NCBI GenBank assembly: GCA_036769565.1
Contig: DAIPKW010000001.1
Coordinates: forward strand, 44,416-108,415
Length of the DNA stretch: 64,000 nt
Origin: Thermodesulfobacteriota bacterium
Lineage (GTDB): Bacteria > Desulfobacterota > BSN033 > UBA1163
Direction of reading: 5' to 3'
Shown: positions 9,392 to 18,512 of the stretch, piece by piece
Layout: each line of letters begins with the position of its first letter
How positions within the stretch are numbered: the stretch's first letter is position 1
Translations under genes and position numbers: made by a program
The notes under the pieces: generated by a model
The model's database searches: none
What the model saw: only the letters and a program-made list of their open reading frames with translations
Told to the model about the DNA's origin: nothing

Positions 9392-10500
9392 ACCCGTTTC
9401 TCCTTCTTTCTTTTTTCAAAGAAACGCTTGATCGCTGAGACACAGAGGGAATTCTCCTCATGGGTGCCAAGACTGATACGGAAAAAACCGTTCCTGCCCC
9501 GAAAAGGAGCAAAGCATTTGAGCATGGCCCCAGCCTTCTCAAAAACGTAGTCAACCACTTCTTTTCCGGTCGCTCCCGCATCCGTGGCGTCGATGAACAC
9601 ATAATTGCCATGAGAATAATAAGGTTTAACCCCTGGAATCTTGGCTAATTCCTTGCAGATATATTCAACTCCTGCATTGTTGTAAGCGGCCTTCCGCCTC
9701 AACTCTTCCTCCTCCTCGAGAGCCGCTTCGGCGGCAGCAATCGACAGAAGACTCGTATTCCAGGGCACCTGCATCTTTCGAAAATATCCGATCAATTCCT
9801 CATCGGCTAGGGCATATCCAAACCGGATCCCTGCCATTCCATACGCCTTTGAAAAGGTATGGGAAACAAGGATGTGATTGTATTTCCGAACCAAAGGGGC
9901 TTTTGACTCATGCTCGGGATGATACTCCAGATAGGCCTCGTCGATCATCGTGGGGATTCCAAGCTCAACGATCTTCATCAGATCTTCATCGGGGATGAAA
10001 TCACCGGTTGGGTTGTTGGGCGTACAGACGATGATCAGTTTGGTGCGAGGGGTGACAGCACGGAGCATGGCGGCCACATCATACTGGAGATCGGGTGTGA
10101 GATCGACAGCCACAACCTTCCCCCCAACCGCTCTAGCCCGAATCCCAAAAAGGGAGAAGGTGGGGTTGGGAAGAAGCACCTCATCTCCTGGCGTGACGAA
10201 GAGCCTCATGACCATATCGATGATCTCGGATGAGCCATGGCTGATATAGACATTCTCCGGTCCGAGGTCATACCGTTTAGCGATCTTCGCCCTCAGGCGA
10301 GGCCCATTGTCAGGATAGCGGTTTCCCATTTTCGCGGCTTCTACGATGGCTTGAATGACCCTCTCTGAGGGAGGAATGGGGTTTTCATTAACCATCATCC
10401 GTTTGAGCTCTGGCCGAGACCAGGCAAGGACGAGGTCTTCTGTATCATAGGGTTTGACCTGATCAATCCATGGAACCAGATAACGCTTCAAATCGCTCAT
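9388..10500 (-). CDS. Class I/II pyridoxal-phosphate aminotransferase, HisC-like
   Basis: 370 aa. VNENPIPP...NPTG...SHTFSKAYGMAGIRFGY pattern of histidinol-phosphate/aromatic aminotransferases (PLP lysine in SKAYG). Confidence 0.75.
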   Translation of the reverse strand: MSDLKRYLVPWIDQVKPYDTEDLVLAWSRPELKRMMVNENPIPPSERVIQAIVEAAKMGNRYPDNGPRLRAKIAKRYDLGPENVYISHGSSEIIDMVMRLFVTPGDEVLLPNPTFSLFGIRARAVGGKVVAVDLTPDLQYDVAAMLRAVTPRTKLIIVCTPNNPTGDFIPDEDLMKIVELGIPTMIDEAYLEYHPEHESKAPLVRKYNHILVSHTFSKAYGMAGIRFGYALADEELIGYFRKMQVPWNTSLLSIAAAEAALEEEEELRRKAAYNNAGVEYICKELAKIPGVKPYYSHGNYVFIDATDAGATGKEVVDYVFEKAGAMLKCFAPFRGRNGFFRISLGTHEENSLCVSAIKRFFEKRKKEKRV

Positions 10501-10603
10501 AAACCCTCCTCATTCTTTATTTCAAATTTCAAATTGAATTTCTGTGTTTTACGGTACAATCTGCAATCTGAAATTTTAAATTTGAAATTTTTCTTACCTA
10601 ACT

Positions 10604-10619
10604 ACCTATCTATACAGGT
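10604..10619. promoter_or_regulatory. Site A of the repeated imperfect palindrome ACCTRTCTATRCAGGT. Candidate operator upstream of the aminotransferase-tal-ald operon
   Basis: acctatctatacaggt lies 18 bp downstream of a minus-strand TTGACA. The same 16-mer class recurs at 15817-15836 and 22518-22533. Confidence 0.45.
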
Positions 10620-10651
10620 AACAAGGAAAATTTTTTTTGTCAAGCCCGCTG

Positions 10652-11413
10652 TCAGCCCTCTAAATCGTATCGGTATTTCCCCGACTCCACTTCGAAGATG
10701 TACTTGTCCCCACGGTGAAAGGCATGGAGGACCTCTACAGGGATGTTTTTCGCATCGTAGATCACGCTTTCGAGAAAGATTCCTGGAGAACGGGGAGGGA
10801 CTTCCAACAACCTGGCATCCTCGTTGGATAGAAGGATGGCCCGAAAGGTCTGAATCGATCGGTGAAGCTCCACGTGAAACTTTTTGGTGAGGAGGTGATA
10901 GAGCGAACCCGTCAAACGCATTTTCAAAATGGCTTTATACTCCTGATGGGGAAGGTAACTCCTTTCGATGACCAATGGGATCCGATTTCCCAAGCGGAGT
11001 CGCTCGGTGAGAATCACCAGTTTCTCTTTTCCCAACATCAGTTTTTCGGCGACATCCGATGGTGCCTCGATCACAGACTTGTTGAGAAGTCGGGTCTGTG
11101 GAGTTACTCCCATCTTGATCATATCATCCGTAAAACTGGAGATGTGCTGAAGGGTATATTTGACAGGTTGAATGGCCCGACGGATCACAAAGGAACCCAC
11201 CCCATTCTTCTTCAGAACAATCCCTTTGGCCACGAGATCGGAAATCGCTTGCCGGACCGTGTTGCGATTGACCTGAAAGAGTTCGGCCAGTTTTGACTCC
11301 GAGGGGAGTTTATCGTTTACGGTATAACGCCCCTTCTGGATCATCTCGATAAGCCATTGGCTGATCTGAAGATATTTGGGAACGCCCGGATCGAGTTGAA
11401 ATGTCTCTGCCAT
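10652..11413 (-). CDS. GntR family (HutC subfamily, UTRA effector domain) transcriptional regulator
   Basis: N-terminal winged HTH YLQISQWLIEMI...LPSESKLAELFQVNRNTVRQAI plus a C-terminal UTRA-like domain. The start at 11413 has an AAGGAAAG RBS. The ORF extends to 11443. Confidence 0.8.
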   Translation of the reverse strand: MAETFQLDPGVPKYLQISQWLIEMIQKGRYTVNDKLPSESKLAELFQVNRNTVRQAISDLVAKGIVLKKNGVGSFVIRRAIQPVKYTLQHISSFTDDMIKMGVTPQTRLLNKSVIEAPSDVAEKLMLGKEKLVILTERLRLGNRIPLVIERSYLPHQEYKAILKMRLTGSLYHLLTKKFHVELHRSIQTFRAILLSNEDARLLEVPPRSPGIFLESVIYDAKNIPVEVLHAFHRGDKYIFEVESGKYRYDLEG

Positions 11414-11459
11414 ATCTCGCTTTCCTTTAGGGTTTAACCCCATGGCTCGCTAAGACGAT

Positions 11460-13226
11460 CTATTTCGATGAAACCATTCCCGTCAAACCAGACCGACCGG
11501 TGATGATCCTCATAACGAGAAGCGCTCCTACGACGATTGCCACCACAACCGTGCACATGGCATTGGCACTGGCCGTTCGACCATCCACATCGAGAAAGAT
11601 GATCTCAATGGCCGCCAGCTTGATCGTCGCAGAGATGAGAAAGATGACCGCGCTGATCGTCGTCATGGCCCTCATGAAGAAGAAGGTGGCTGTTGAGAGA
11701 AAAGCCACTCTTGAAAGGGGAAAAACCACCCTTGTAAAAGTCGAAATCGGTCCGGCGCCGAGACTCAAAGCAGCCTCCTCGATCGATTTATCAATCTGTT
11801 TCAAATTAGCAATGCTCGTCAGCACCCCAAGAGTAAAATTGCAAATGATGATGTTGATGATGATGATCCAGATCGTCCCATAGATGAAAAAGTATGGCTT
11901 GTTAAAAGCCAGGACATATCCCAGCCCCATCACCACGCCAGGGATGGCCGCAGGTAATACGCTCAAGGTATAGAGCACCTGTTCTCCTCGCGGTTTCTTC
12001 TTCTCAATGATATAACCTGCGAGGAGAGTCAAGGAAGCGCCGGCAATGGCTACAACGATAGAAACCATAAGGCTTGTCCAGATCGGCGCATATTTATAAG
12101 CGATCATCGTTCGAAAGGTGCTTTCAGGAAGAATCGATACCCAGAAGTTTGTCCAAAGAGGTGCATGGGCTCCCAAGGATGGAAAGTCGAAATGTCGGAG
12201 GGTCAGTGAAAAATCATAGGGCCAAGTTTTTACAAAAGACCCCAAAAAGACAGTGGCAAAAACGATGAGAATGCAAGCACAGATCAATCCACAATAGATC
12301 GTAAATCCTATCTTTTTGAGAGGTCGAGAGGGCTGCAGAAAGGGTCTGGCCTGGCCGCTGATCAGGGCATAGCTTTTTCGTGTCAAGTAATAGTTGATGA
12401 CGAAGGCGGTGATGGAGGGGATGAGGAGAATGACGCTGATCGTGGCTCCAAGGTCGAAACGCTGTAACCCAAAGACCTGTGAGACAATCTCTGTGGCGAG
12501 CACGGAGTAATTGCCTCCGATCACCACGGGGATTCCAAAATCGGTGATCGTGAGGTTAAAGGTCAGTGCCGCCGCACTGGCAATCCCATACTTCGCCGAA
12601 GGAAGGGTTACCTTCCAGAAGGTCTTCAGCGCAGAAGCTCCCAAACTCTGGGCGGCCTCGTCCAATCGGGTATCCACCGCAGAGAGGGTTGTGTAGAGGA
12701 TGAAGAGGGCATTCGGAAAGCAGTAGAGGCATTCTCCCACAATAATGCCTGTGGCTCCATAGATGTTCCAGTCCGTGCCCAAGAGATATCGAGTGATTAG
12801 CCCGTTTCTCCCAAAGAGGAGGATGAGGGCCAAGGCCTGAATAATGGTCGGAGCAATCAGAGGGAAAGTAGAAATCGTATAAAAAATTCCTTTGCCTGGC
12901 ATGGTTGTTCGGGTCAACCCATAAGCGAAAAAGAAGGCAGTTACCGTGGTGATGATCATCGTAACCACAGAGACAAACATGCTGTTGGTGAACGACCTGA
13001 AGATCCGCGGGCTTGAAAAATAGGCCACATAGTTTTGGAGGGTAAACTTCCCTTCCTTTAAAAAACTGAGCCGACAGATGTCCATCACTGGATAGAGAAG
13101 AAAAAACGCAAGAAGGGCTAAGAAGAAGAAAGTGGCGATGCCCGTGGCGATCCTATCCGAACCCAAGGCGAGGGTTGAAAAAGACGAGGAAACTCCGTAA
13201 GAAGGGCTAACCTCCCGATGATTCAT
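11460..13226 (-). CDS. ABC transporter permease, fused double-domain (FbpB/ThiP/PhnU2-like)
   Basis: 588 aa with two repeated six-TM permease modules. This is the fusion type typical of Fe(III), thiamine and putative 2-aminoethylphosphonate importers. Confidence 0.8.
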   Translation of the reverse strand: MNHREVSPSYGVSSSFSTLALGSDRIATGIATFFFLALLAFFLLYPVMDICRLSFLKEGKFTLQNYVAYFSSPRIFRSFTNSMFVSVVTMIITTVTAFFFAYGLTRTTMPGKGIFYTISTFPLIAPTIIQALALILLFGRNGLITRYLLGTDWNIYGATGIIVGECLYCFPNALFILYTTLSAVDTRLDEAAQSLGASALKTFWKVTLPSAKYGIASAAALTFNLTITDFGIPVVIGGNYSVLATEIVSQVFGLQRFDLGATISVILLIPSITAFVINYYLTRKSYALISGQARPFLQPSRPLKKIGFTIYCGLICACILIVFATVFLGSFVKTWPYDFSLTLRHFDFPSLGAHAPLWTNFWVSILPESTFRTMIAYKYAPIWTSLMVSIVVAIAGASLTLLAGYIIEKKKPRGEQVLYTLSVLPAAIPGVVMGLGYVLAFNKPYFFIYGTIWIIIINIIICNFTLGVLTSIANLKQIDKSIEEAALSLGAGPISTFTRVVFPLSRVAFLSTATFFFMRAMTTISAVIFLISATIKLAAIEIIFLDVDGRTASANAMCTVVVAIVVGALLVMRIITGRSGLTGMVSSK

Positions 13227-14308
13227 AGCTCAACCTCTTCGTCTGGATAGACCAGAAAAGACTCCGGAGGAAAATAGAGGAGAATCTCATCACCCTGTTT
13301 GAACCCTCTCTGCTCAAAGGTCTTCTCAATGATATCGGAGATCACCTCTTCTCCATCCATATTAACGACCAGTCGGACAGCCGCTCCTAAAAAAGTGACC
13401 ACGTCGATTCTGCCAGGGATCAAATTGGAGGCGGCGAGGTGATGGGTCGGTTCTCCGAGCCGGAAGACCTCAATCTTCTCCGGCCGGATGGCGAGAATCA
13501 CCTTCTCTCGAACGGAATGACTTCCCTGAGCAACCACGAATTCCCGTCTCTCTGTCTTCACATGGTCATTGATCCGAAGGCCCTTAAAAAAGTTGGAGGT
13601 CCCTACAAAGTCGGCCACAAAGTTTGAACTTGGGCATTTATAGATATCGATGGGTCTTCCCACCTGTCGAAACTGTCCCTTCTCCATCACGACCACTCGA
13701 TCAGCAATCGAAAGGGCCTCTTCCTGATCATGCGTGACATAGATCATCGTCTTTTTCAATTCCTGTTGAAATCGTTTAATCTCCGCTCGCAGGCGAACTC
13801 TGATCTTGGCATCTAGTGCGCTCAAGGGTTCATCTAAAAGCAGAACCTGTGGATCGGGTGCCAAGGCCCGGACCAGTGCGACCCTCTGTTGCTGTCCTCC
13901 ACTTAGCTGTGCTGGATAGAGTTTTCTCCAATCCCTAAGCCCCACAAGGTCCAACATCTCATCGACTCGGCGGGCAATCGCCTGCTTATTCATCTTTCTC
14001 ATCCTGAGACCAAAGGCAATATTCTCTTCCACAGTCATATTGGGAAAGAGGGCATAAGATTGGAAGACGATCCCAAATTCCCTCTTCTGTGGGATGAGAT
14101 GATTAATTACCTTACCATCGAAGATAACATTCCCTTCGGTCACGGTCTCAAATCCAGTAATCATCCTGAGGACTGTGGTCTTTCCGCAGCCGCTTGGCCC
14201 AAGGAAGCAGATAAATTCTCCTTCCTCGATTTCAAGATTGACCCGGTCCACAGCCGTAAGCGTTCCATAGCGTTTTGTGAGATTCTCCAATCTGAGATTT
14301 CGCCCCAT
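13223..14308 (-). CDS. ABC transporter ATP-binding protein with C-terminal TOBE domain (PotA/FbpC family)
   Basis: 361 aa. Walker A GPSGCGKTT, signature LSGGQQQRVAL, Walker B LLLDEP and a C-terminal TOBE-like region. Confidence 0.85.
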   Translation of the reverse strand: MGRNLRLENLTKRYGTLTAVDRVNLEIEEGEFICFLGPSGCGKTTVLRMITGFETVTEGNVIFDGKVINHLIPQKREFGIVFQSYALFPNMTVEENIAFGLRMRKMNKQAIARRVDEMLDLVGLRDWRKLYPAQLSGGQQQRVALVRALAPDPQVLLLDEPLSALDAKIRVRLRAEIKRFQQELKKTMIYVTHDQEEALSIADRVVVMEKGQFRQVGRPIDIYKCPSSNFVADFVGTSNFFKGLRINDHVKTERREFVVAQGSHSVREKVILAIRPEKIEVFRLGEPTHHLAASNLIPGRIDVVTFLGAAVRLVVNMDGEEVISDIIEKTFEQRGFKQGDEILLYFPPESFLVYPDEEVEL

Positions 14309-14554
14309 CTTTCTATCCTGCCCTTAGGAAATTCTTATCTCCCCTCTAAAGTAACACCATCCAGCCTCCCCTTATAACTCTCCTCCTTCCCCCTCTTATC
14401 ATAAGAGGGGGAAAATAGATGCGGGTGTTAGATTGGGAGATGTGGAGGGGTTAAAAGGGAGAAACCACCCCCACCAAAGTCAGAACAACCTAAATTACAA
14501 AGGAAAAACTGATGAGCTGTCTATAAAGCTTTTAATGAAATTTGGATTCTTTGT

Positions 14555-14593
14555 CAATAAAAAAGGGCATCCTGCCCTCTGCAGGATGCCCTC
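14555..14593 (-). terminator. Rho-independent terminator after the binding-protein gene
   Basis: Perfect 11-bp stem GGGCATCCTGC/GCAGGATGCCC with a 5-nt loop, followed on the minus strand by TTTTTTATT. Confidence 0.65.
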
Positions 14594-14608
14594 TCAAGGA
14601 TCTCTTTC

Positions 14609-15619
14609 TCATTTCAAGAAGAGGCTCTCCCACTTCTTCAGGATCTCATCCCGATTCTTTGCCTGCCAGGCAAAATCCATTGGATAGAGTTTGATTTCGG
14701 ATAGTTTGGGAAGGTCCGGTCGCGTCGGAATGCCAGGGAGAGTCACTCCATATTTGAACTTTGAATATTCTCTCATTGCGCTTTCGCTGATCGCCCAATC
14801 GAGAAACTTCTTGGCCGCTGCCACATTCTTTGCCCCTTTGAGAAGGGCATTGGCTTCCACTTCATAGCCCGCTCCTTCAATGGGGAATACAAATTCAACT
14901 GGGAACCCCTGTTTTTTTTGCTCTGCCACCACAAAGTCGAAAGAGGCGCCTACTGCGAATTCACCAGCCGCAGTCATCTTGGCAGGTCTTGATCCGCTCT
15001 TAATATACTGGCCCATATTCTTATCCAGTTTCTTTAGAAATTCCCAGCCATCCTCTTTTCCCTCTTTAGCCCCATACATCTGGAGAATGCTTGAAACCTG
15101 GAGAAACCCTGTTCCTGAAGCAACTGGATTAGGCATGGCAATCAATCCCTTAAATCTCGGATCGAGTAGGTCGTTCCACCCTTTGGGCATTGGAAGCCCT
15201 TTCTCTTTTAAAACCTTTGTGTTCACACAGAAGGCGGCAATATACATATCAATTCCCACATAGGCAAATCCTGGATGAACAAACTTTTTCTCCAGCTTCT
15301 CAACGCCTTTGGGCTTATAGGGTTCTAGCATTCCCTTAGCAACGAAATCCTCCATGTTTGTGACTGCCCATCCCCAGATGAGATCTGCTTGTGGATTGGC
15401 TCGTTCGGCTAACATTCTGGCCCCAAGTTCCCCTGTGGAAAGCCGAATGACATGGATTTCGAGGCCTGGAAGATCCCTGAGATAGGCTTCTCGATATTTA
15501 TCAATCTCATCTGTCTCTAAGGAGGTGTAAACGACGACCTTCTCCTTAGCCATCACATTCCCTGAAAGAAAGATCACCAATAAAAGACTTACCATCAACA
15601 TCCACCCTCTTCGCTTCAT
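14609..15619 (-). CDS. Periplasmic substrate-binding protein, family 1 (Fe(III)/2-aminoethylphosphonate/polyamine type)
   Basis: N-terminal signal peptide MKRRGWMLMVSLLLVIFLSGNVMA. FbpA/PhnS-like fold signature. The start at 15619 has a perfect AGGAGG RBS 7 nt upstream. The ORF extends to 15661. Confidence 0.8.
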   Translation of the reverse strand: MKRRGWMLMVSLLLVIFLSGNVMAKEKVVVYTSLETDEIDKYREAYLRDLPGLEIHVIRLSTGELGARMLAERANPQADLIWGWAVTNMEDFVAKGMLEPYKPKGVEKLEKKFVHPGFAYVGIDMYIAAFCVNTKVLKEKGLPMPKGWNDLLDPRFKGLIAMPNPVASGTGFLQVSSILQMYGAKEGKEDGWEFLKKLDKNMGQYIKSGSRPAKMTAAGEFAVGASFDFVVAEQKKQGFPVEFVFPIEGAGYEVEANALLKGAKNVAAAKKFLDWAISESAMREYSKFKYGVTLPGIPTRPDLPKLSEIKLYPMDFAWQAKNRDEILKKWESLFLK

Positions 15620-15760
15620 ATGCTTTACCTCCTGTGTATTTGAAATGATTGCATTCAACAACCCTATCCAATAAATTTAAGATTTCTCACCCCCCTTCTT
15701 TAGCTGTCGTTTTTAAAGGTTCGCGATCAATGATAAATTTTATATCGAACCCAAAACTTT

Positions 15761-15799
15761 TTGTCAATCCTTTTTTGTTCAAAAAAGATTGACAAAATA
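15761..15799. promoter_or_regulatory. Near-perfect 18-bp inverted repeat containing TTGACA on both strands. Divergent promoter or candidate GntR-family operator
   Basis: TTTTGTCAATCCTTTTTT-gttc-AAAAAAGATTGACAAAA lies between the divergent binding-protein and DMGDH-family genes. On the minus strand TTGACA is followed after about 17 bp by TATAAA. Confidence 0.45.
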
Positions 15800-15816
15800 T
15801 CTTTTTTCAATTAGTC

Positions 15817-15836
15817 CTGTCTGCATAGATAGGTAG
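15817..15836. promoter_or_regulatory. Site B of the repeated palindrome, in reverse orientation
   Basis: cctgtctgcatagataggta reverse-complements to tacctatctatgcagacagg. It shares a 15/16 core with site A and lies about 20 bp downstream of TTGACA at 15790-15795. Confidence 0.4.
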
Positions 15837-16003
15837 CTTAATGAAATTGTTTTGGGGCTACGGTGATGACGCCCGTTTCGGCTATTGGCTAAGGTGAAGT
15901 GTCAACCCCGTTAGAAATTCCAGTGGTTGCGACTTGAAACCAAACTGGACATTATTTCTAATGGGTTAAAGAATTGTGAGACGTCAAACGTAGCCTTTTA
16001 TTA

Positions 16004-16024
16004 ACGATACGGGCATCGTTACCG
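16004..16024 (+). promoter_or_regulatory. Copy 3 of the CGATACGGGCWTCGT motif, upstream of the DMGDH-family gene
   Basis: aaCGATACGGGCaTCGTtACC in the sense orientation, 45 bp upstream of the ATG at 16070. It is followed by AACCCC, as the other copies are by AACCCT. Confidence 0.4.
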
Positions 16025-16069
16025 TTGAACGAACCCCTTATTTTCTATAAACAACGGAGTATCTAACTC

Positions 16070-18487
16070 ATGAAAAATCAGGCGCGCGTGGTCATCATTG
16101 GAAGTGGAATCACGGGCTGCAGTATCGCCTACCATCTTACAAGAATGGGATGGAACGATGTCATCCTTCTTGATAAAGGAGAGCTCACCAGCGGTGCCAC
16201 TTTTCATGCGGCCGGGTTGGTGGGCCAGTTGCGGGCGTCCGTCAATATCACAAAGATGCTCAAATACAGTGTCGAACTCTATTCAAGGCTGGAAGAAGAG
16301 ACCGGACAGCACACAGCATGGAGCCCTGTAGGTGGTCTCCGGATCGCCTCTTCAAAAGACCGAATGGAGGAATTGCGTCGCTCTGCTGCAATGGCAAAGA
16401 CTTTTGGTCTTCCCATGGAACTGATCAGTCCGAAAGAGGCTTGTGACCTCTTCCCGGTCATGACAAAAAAAGGAATCGTTGGGGCCGCCTTTCTTCCCAC
16501 AGATGGTCAGATCGATCCGAGCGGTGTGACCTATGCCCTAGCTCAGGGAGCAAGAAGCAGAGGGGCAACCATCTATACGGATACCCGTGTCACTGGGATC
16601 AGATTGAAGAATGGTGCTATTGATGAGGTCCTCACAGAAAAGGGAAATATCAAAGCAGAAATTGTAGTCAACGCCGCAGGGATCTGGGCTCCAGAGATTG
16701 GAAAGATGGTGGGCGTTGCCATTCCACTCATCCCCATGGAGCACCAGTATATCATCACAAAACCGATCGAAGGAGTAAAAAAAGGAATGCCCACGATGCG
16801 GGACCCTGACCTTTTGGTCTATTTCCGCGAGGAATTGGGTGGTCTCATCATGGGTGGTTATGAACACAATCCCATCCCATGGGCTTTGGATGGTATTCCC
16901 AAAGACTTTACCAAAACACTTCTCAAATCGAACTACGAACATTTCGAACCCCTCTCTGCTTTAGCCATGAAGAGGGTGCCCTGTATCGGTGAGGCTGAAA
17001 TCATCACCCTTCTTAATGGTCCAGAGGCTTTCACCTCGGACGGCGACTTCATCATGGGAGAATCACCAGAGGTGAAAAATTTCTTCGTTGCTGCTGGTTT
17101 CTGTGCCCATGGCATTGCGGCTGCAGGAGGAGTGGGCAAAATGATGGCCGAATGGATCATCGAGGGAGAGCCGAGTCTCGATCTCTGGCGTCTCGATATC
17201 CGACGTCTCGGTCCCCACCATCGAAGTCAGACCTACACAGTCCACAGAGCGATAGAAATTTATGCCCATCACTACTCCATGAACTGGCCCTATGAAGAGA
17301 TGATTTCAGCAAGACCTCTTCGAACAAGCCCCCTTTATGAGCGACTTAAAAAGGCAGGAGCCGTTTTGGGCGAAAAGTATGGCTGGGAACGGCCCAACTG
17401 GTTTGCGCCGAAGGGAACGCCTCCAAAAGACAGACTGGGTTGGGGCCTACCAAATTGGTTTGATCATGTCGGGAAAGAACACGAGGCGGTTAGAACAAGG
17501 GCGGCCGTCATTGATCAGACCTCCTTTGGAAAGATCGACGTGAAAGGCCCTCGGGCGCTCCAGTTCCTTCAGAAGTTAACCGACAATCAGATGGAGAAAC
17601 CGATTGGTTCAACCACTTACACTCAGATGCTCAACGAAAGGGGAGGGATCGAGTGTGACCTAACGGTGAGCCGAATTAGCGAAGACCATTTCTATCTTGT
17701 AACAGGAACCGCTTTTATTAAACACGACCTTCAGTGGCTAAAAAAACATCTGCCTTCAGATGGCTCTGTCTCAATCGAAGATATCACTTCTTCTAAGGCC
17801 TGTATCACACTCTGTGGGCCAGAGTCTAGAAATATTTTGAAGCAACTGACCAGAGACGACATCTCAAATGAAGGATTCCCATACATGACCTGTAAGGAGA
17901 TAACCATAGGTAATGCTGCTGTCCTTGCCATCCGGATTACCTATGTGGGCGAATTGGGATGGGAGTTACATGTACCCACAGAATACGCCTTGCATCTCTA
18001 CGATCAATTCTGGGAGGTGGGAAAACCTATTGGCTTGGTCAATGCCGGTTACCGATGCATCGACTCCCTGCGGCTGGAGAAGGGATATCGTTACTGGAGC
18101 GGAGACATCTCTCCAGAATATACGCCTTTTGAGGCTGGACTCGATTTCTGTGTAAAATTGGACAAAGGTGACTTTATAGGCCGCAAAGCCCTTCTAACTC
18201 AGAAAGAAAAAGGATTAACTCGCAAACTCTGTTGTTTTACGATCGATTCAGGCCCACTGATGCCAGTTGGTAAAGAGGCCATCCTGGATGGAGATAAAGT
18301 AGTTGGCATTGTTACCAGCGGAGGATTCGGACACACGATCAAAAAACCCATTGCCTTGGGATACCTTCCCATGGATTATTCAAAACCGGGCACCCGATTG
18401 CAGATCGAAGTAGCCGCAAAAAGATACGAAGCCATCGTCGAAAAAGAGCCTCTCTACGACCCGGAAAATAAAAAGGTGAAGGGGTAA
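16070..18487 (+). CDS. FAD-dependent oxidoreductase fused to an aminomethyltransferase (GcvT) domain; dimethylglycine/sarcosine dehydrogenase family
   Basis: 805 aa. N-terminal GSGITGCS.A..L dinucleotide fold (DAO domain) and a C-terminal GcvT-like folate-binding domain. Substrate unknown. Confidence 0.75.
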   Translation: MKNQARVVIIGSGITGCSIAYHLTRMGWNDVILLDKGELTSGATFHAAGLVGQLRASVNITKMLKYSVELYSRLEEETGQHTAWSPVGGLRIASSKDRMEELRRSAAMAKTFGLPMELISPKEACDLFPVMTKKGIVGAAFLPTDGQIDPSGVTYALAQGARSRGATIYTDTRVTGIRLKNGAIDEVLTEKGNIKAEIVVNAAGIWAPEIGKMVGVAIPLIPMEHQYIITKPIEGVKKGMPTMRDPDLLVYFREELGGLIMGGYEHNPIPWALDGIPKDFTKTLLKSNYEHFEPLSALAMKRVPCIGEAEIITLLNGPEAFTSDGDFIMGESPEVKNFFVAAGFCAHGIAAAGGVGKMMAEWIIEGEPSLDLWRLDIRRLGPHHRSQTYTVHRAIEIYAHHYSMNWPYEEMISARPLRTSPLYERLKKAGAVLGEKYGWERPNWFAPKGTPPKDRLGWGLPNWFDHVGKEHEAVRTRAAVIDQTSFGKIDVKGPRALQFLQKLTDNQMEKPIGSTTYTQMLNERGGIECDLTVSRISEDHFYLVTGTAFIKHDLQWLKKHLPSDGSVSIEDITSSKACITLCGPESRNILKQLTRDDISNEGFPYMTCKEITIGNAAVLAIRITYVGELGWELHVPTEYALHLYDQFWEVGKPIGLVNAGYRCIDSLRLEKGYRYWSGDISPEYTPFEAGLDFCVKLDKGDFIGRKALLTQKEKGLTRKLCCFTIDSGPLMPVGKEAILDGDKVVGIVTSGGFGHTIKKPIALGYLPMDYSKPGTRLQIEVAAKRYEAIVEKEPLYDPENKKVKG

Positions 18488-18512
18488 TGGAGAGATTAGG
18501 ATATCCGAATCA

